From: a virus
Direction: 5' to 3' (one strand)
Length of the DNA stretch: 64,000 nucleotides
IMG/VR virus record: IMGVR_UViG_3300017593_000402
Span: 1 to 64,000 of that record
Below the pieces are notes generated by a model. The model had not been told where the DNA came from, ran no database searches, and saw only the letters and a program-made list of their open reading frames with translations. The translations under genes were made by a program, and so were the position numbers. Each line of letters begins with the position of its first letter. Positions within the stretch are counted from its first letter, which is position 1. This document shows, piece after piece, positions 63,951 to 64,000 of this stretch.

Positions 63951-64000
63951 TGGCATATCATATAGAACACTTAACTGATATAAACGGGCCTCAAGCGTTA
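63950..64000 (+). CDS. Start of next tail gene (truncated by the window)
   Basis: TAATG coupling; MAYHIEHLTDINGPQAL is open to the end of the window. Confidence 0.5.
   Translation, partial: MAYHIEHLTDINGPQAL

Noticed and set aside
1-64000. Integrase, reverse transcriptase/DGR, rRNA or tRNA genes, alternative genetic code
   Set aside because: No such motifs seen by eye; genes are long and tightly packed under the standard code, using TAA, TAG and TGA stops

Overview
This window is a 64-kb stretch of a tailed dsDNA bacteriophage with a long non-contractile tail. The host is bacterial (GGAGG ribosome-binding sites, sigma70-like promoters, khpA, a receiver domain), and almost every gene is on the + strand. 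From left to right: (1) a plasmid-like replicon (Rep-like gene, four 21-bp iteron-like repeats, AT-rich tract, duplicated 36-bp element); (2) a DNA metabolism block (nrdJ, sbcCD-like, SF2 and DnaB helicases, primase, dut, UDG-PolA with an intein, SSB, recA) with a dispersed 7-deazaguanine pathway (TGT/DpdA-like, queC, folE2, queE, and a second, degenerate TGT paralogue); (3) an accessory block at about 25-39 kb (DHH, KhpA, ligase, glycosyl- and methyltransferases, ATP-grasp, two SAM decarboxylases, intein-split MBL hydrolase, zincin, SqdB-like protein, stand-alone HisKA-like and REC-GAF proteins, nucleotidyltransferase); (4) head and tail genes (portal-MuF-intein-zincin fusion, terminase, LigD-type phosphoesterase, protease/scaffold, capsid, GT2-TPR, tail tube, frameshifted chaperones, tape measure). 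The best-supported hidden feature is a group I intron (53946-55134) that splits the tail tube gene; its LAGLIDADG ORF runs through the ribozyme core. Other leads are a dispersed DNA end-healing/sealing set, a shared N-terminal WITxxGR motif on candidate virion cargo, orphan two-component parts, and several apparent pseudo-enzymes. All functional calls come from motif recognition by eye; no database searches were run.
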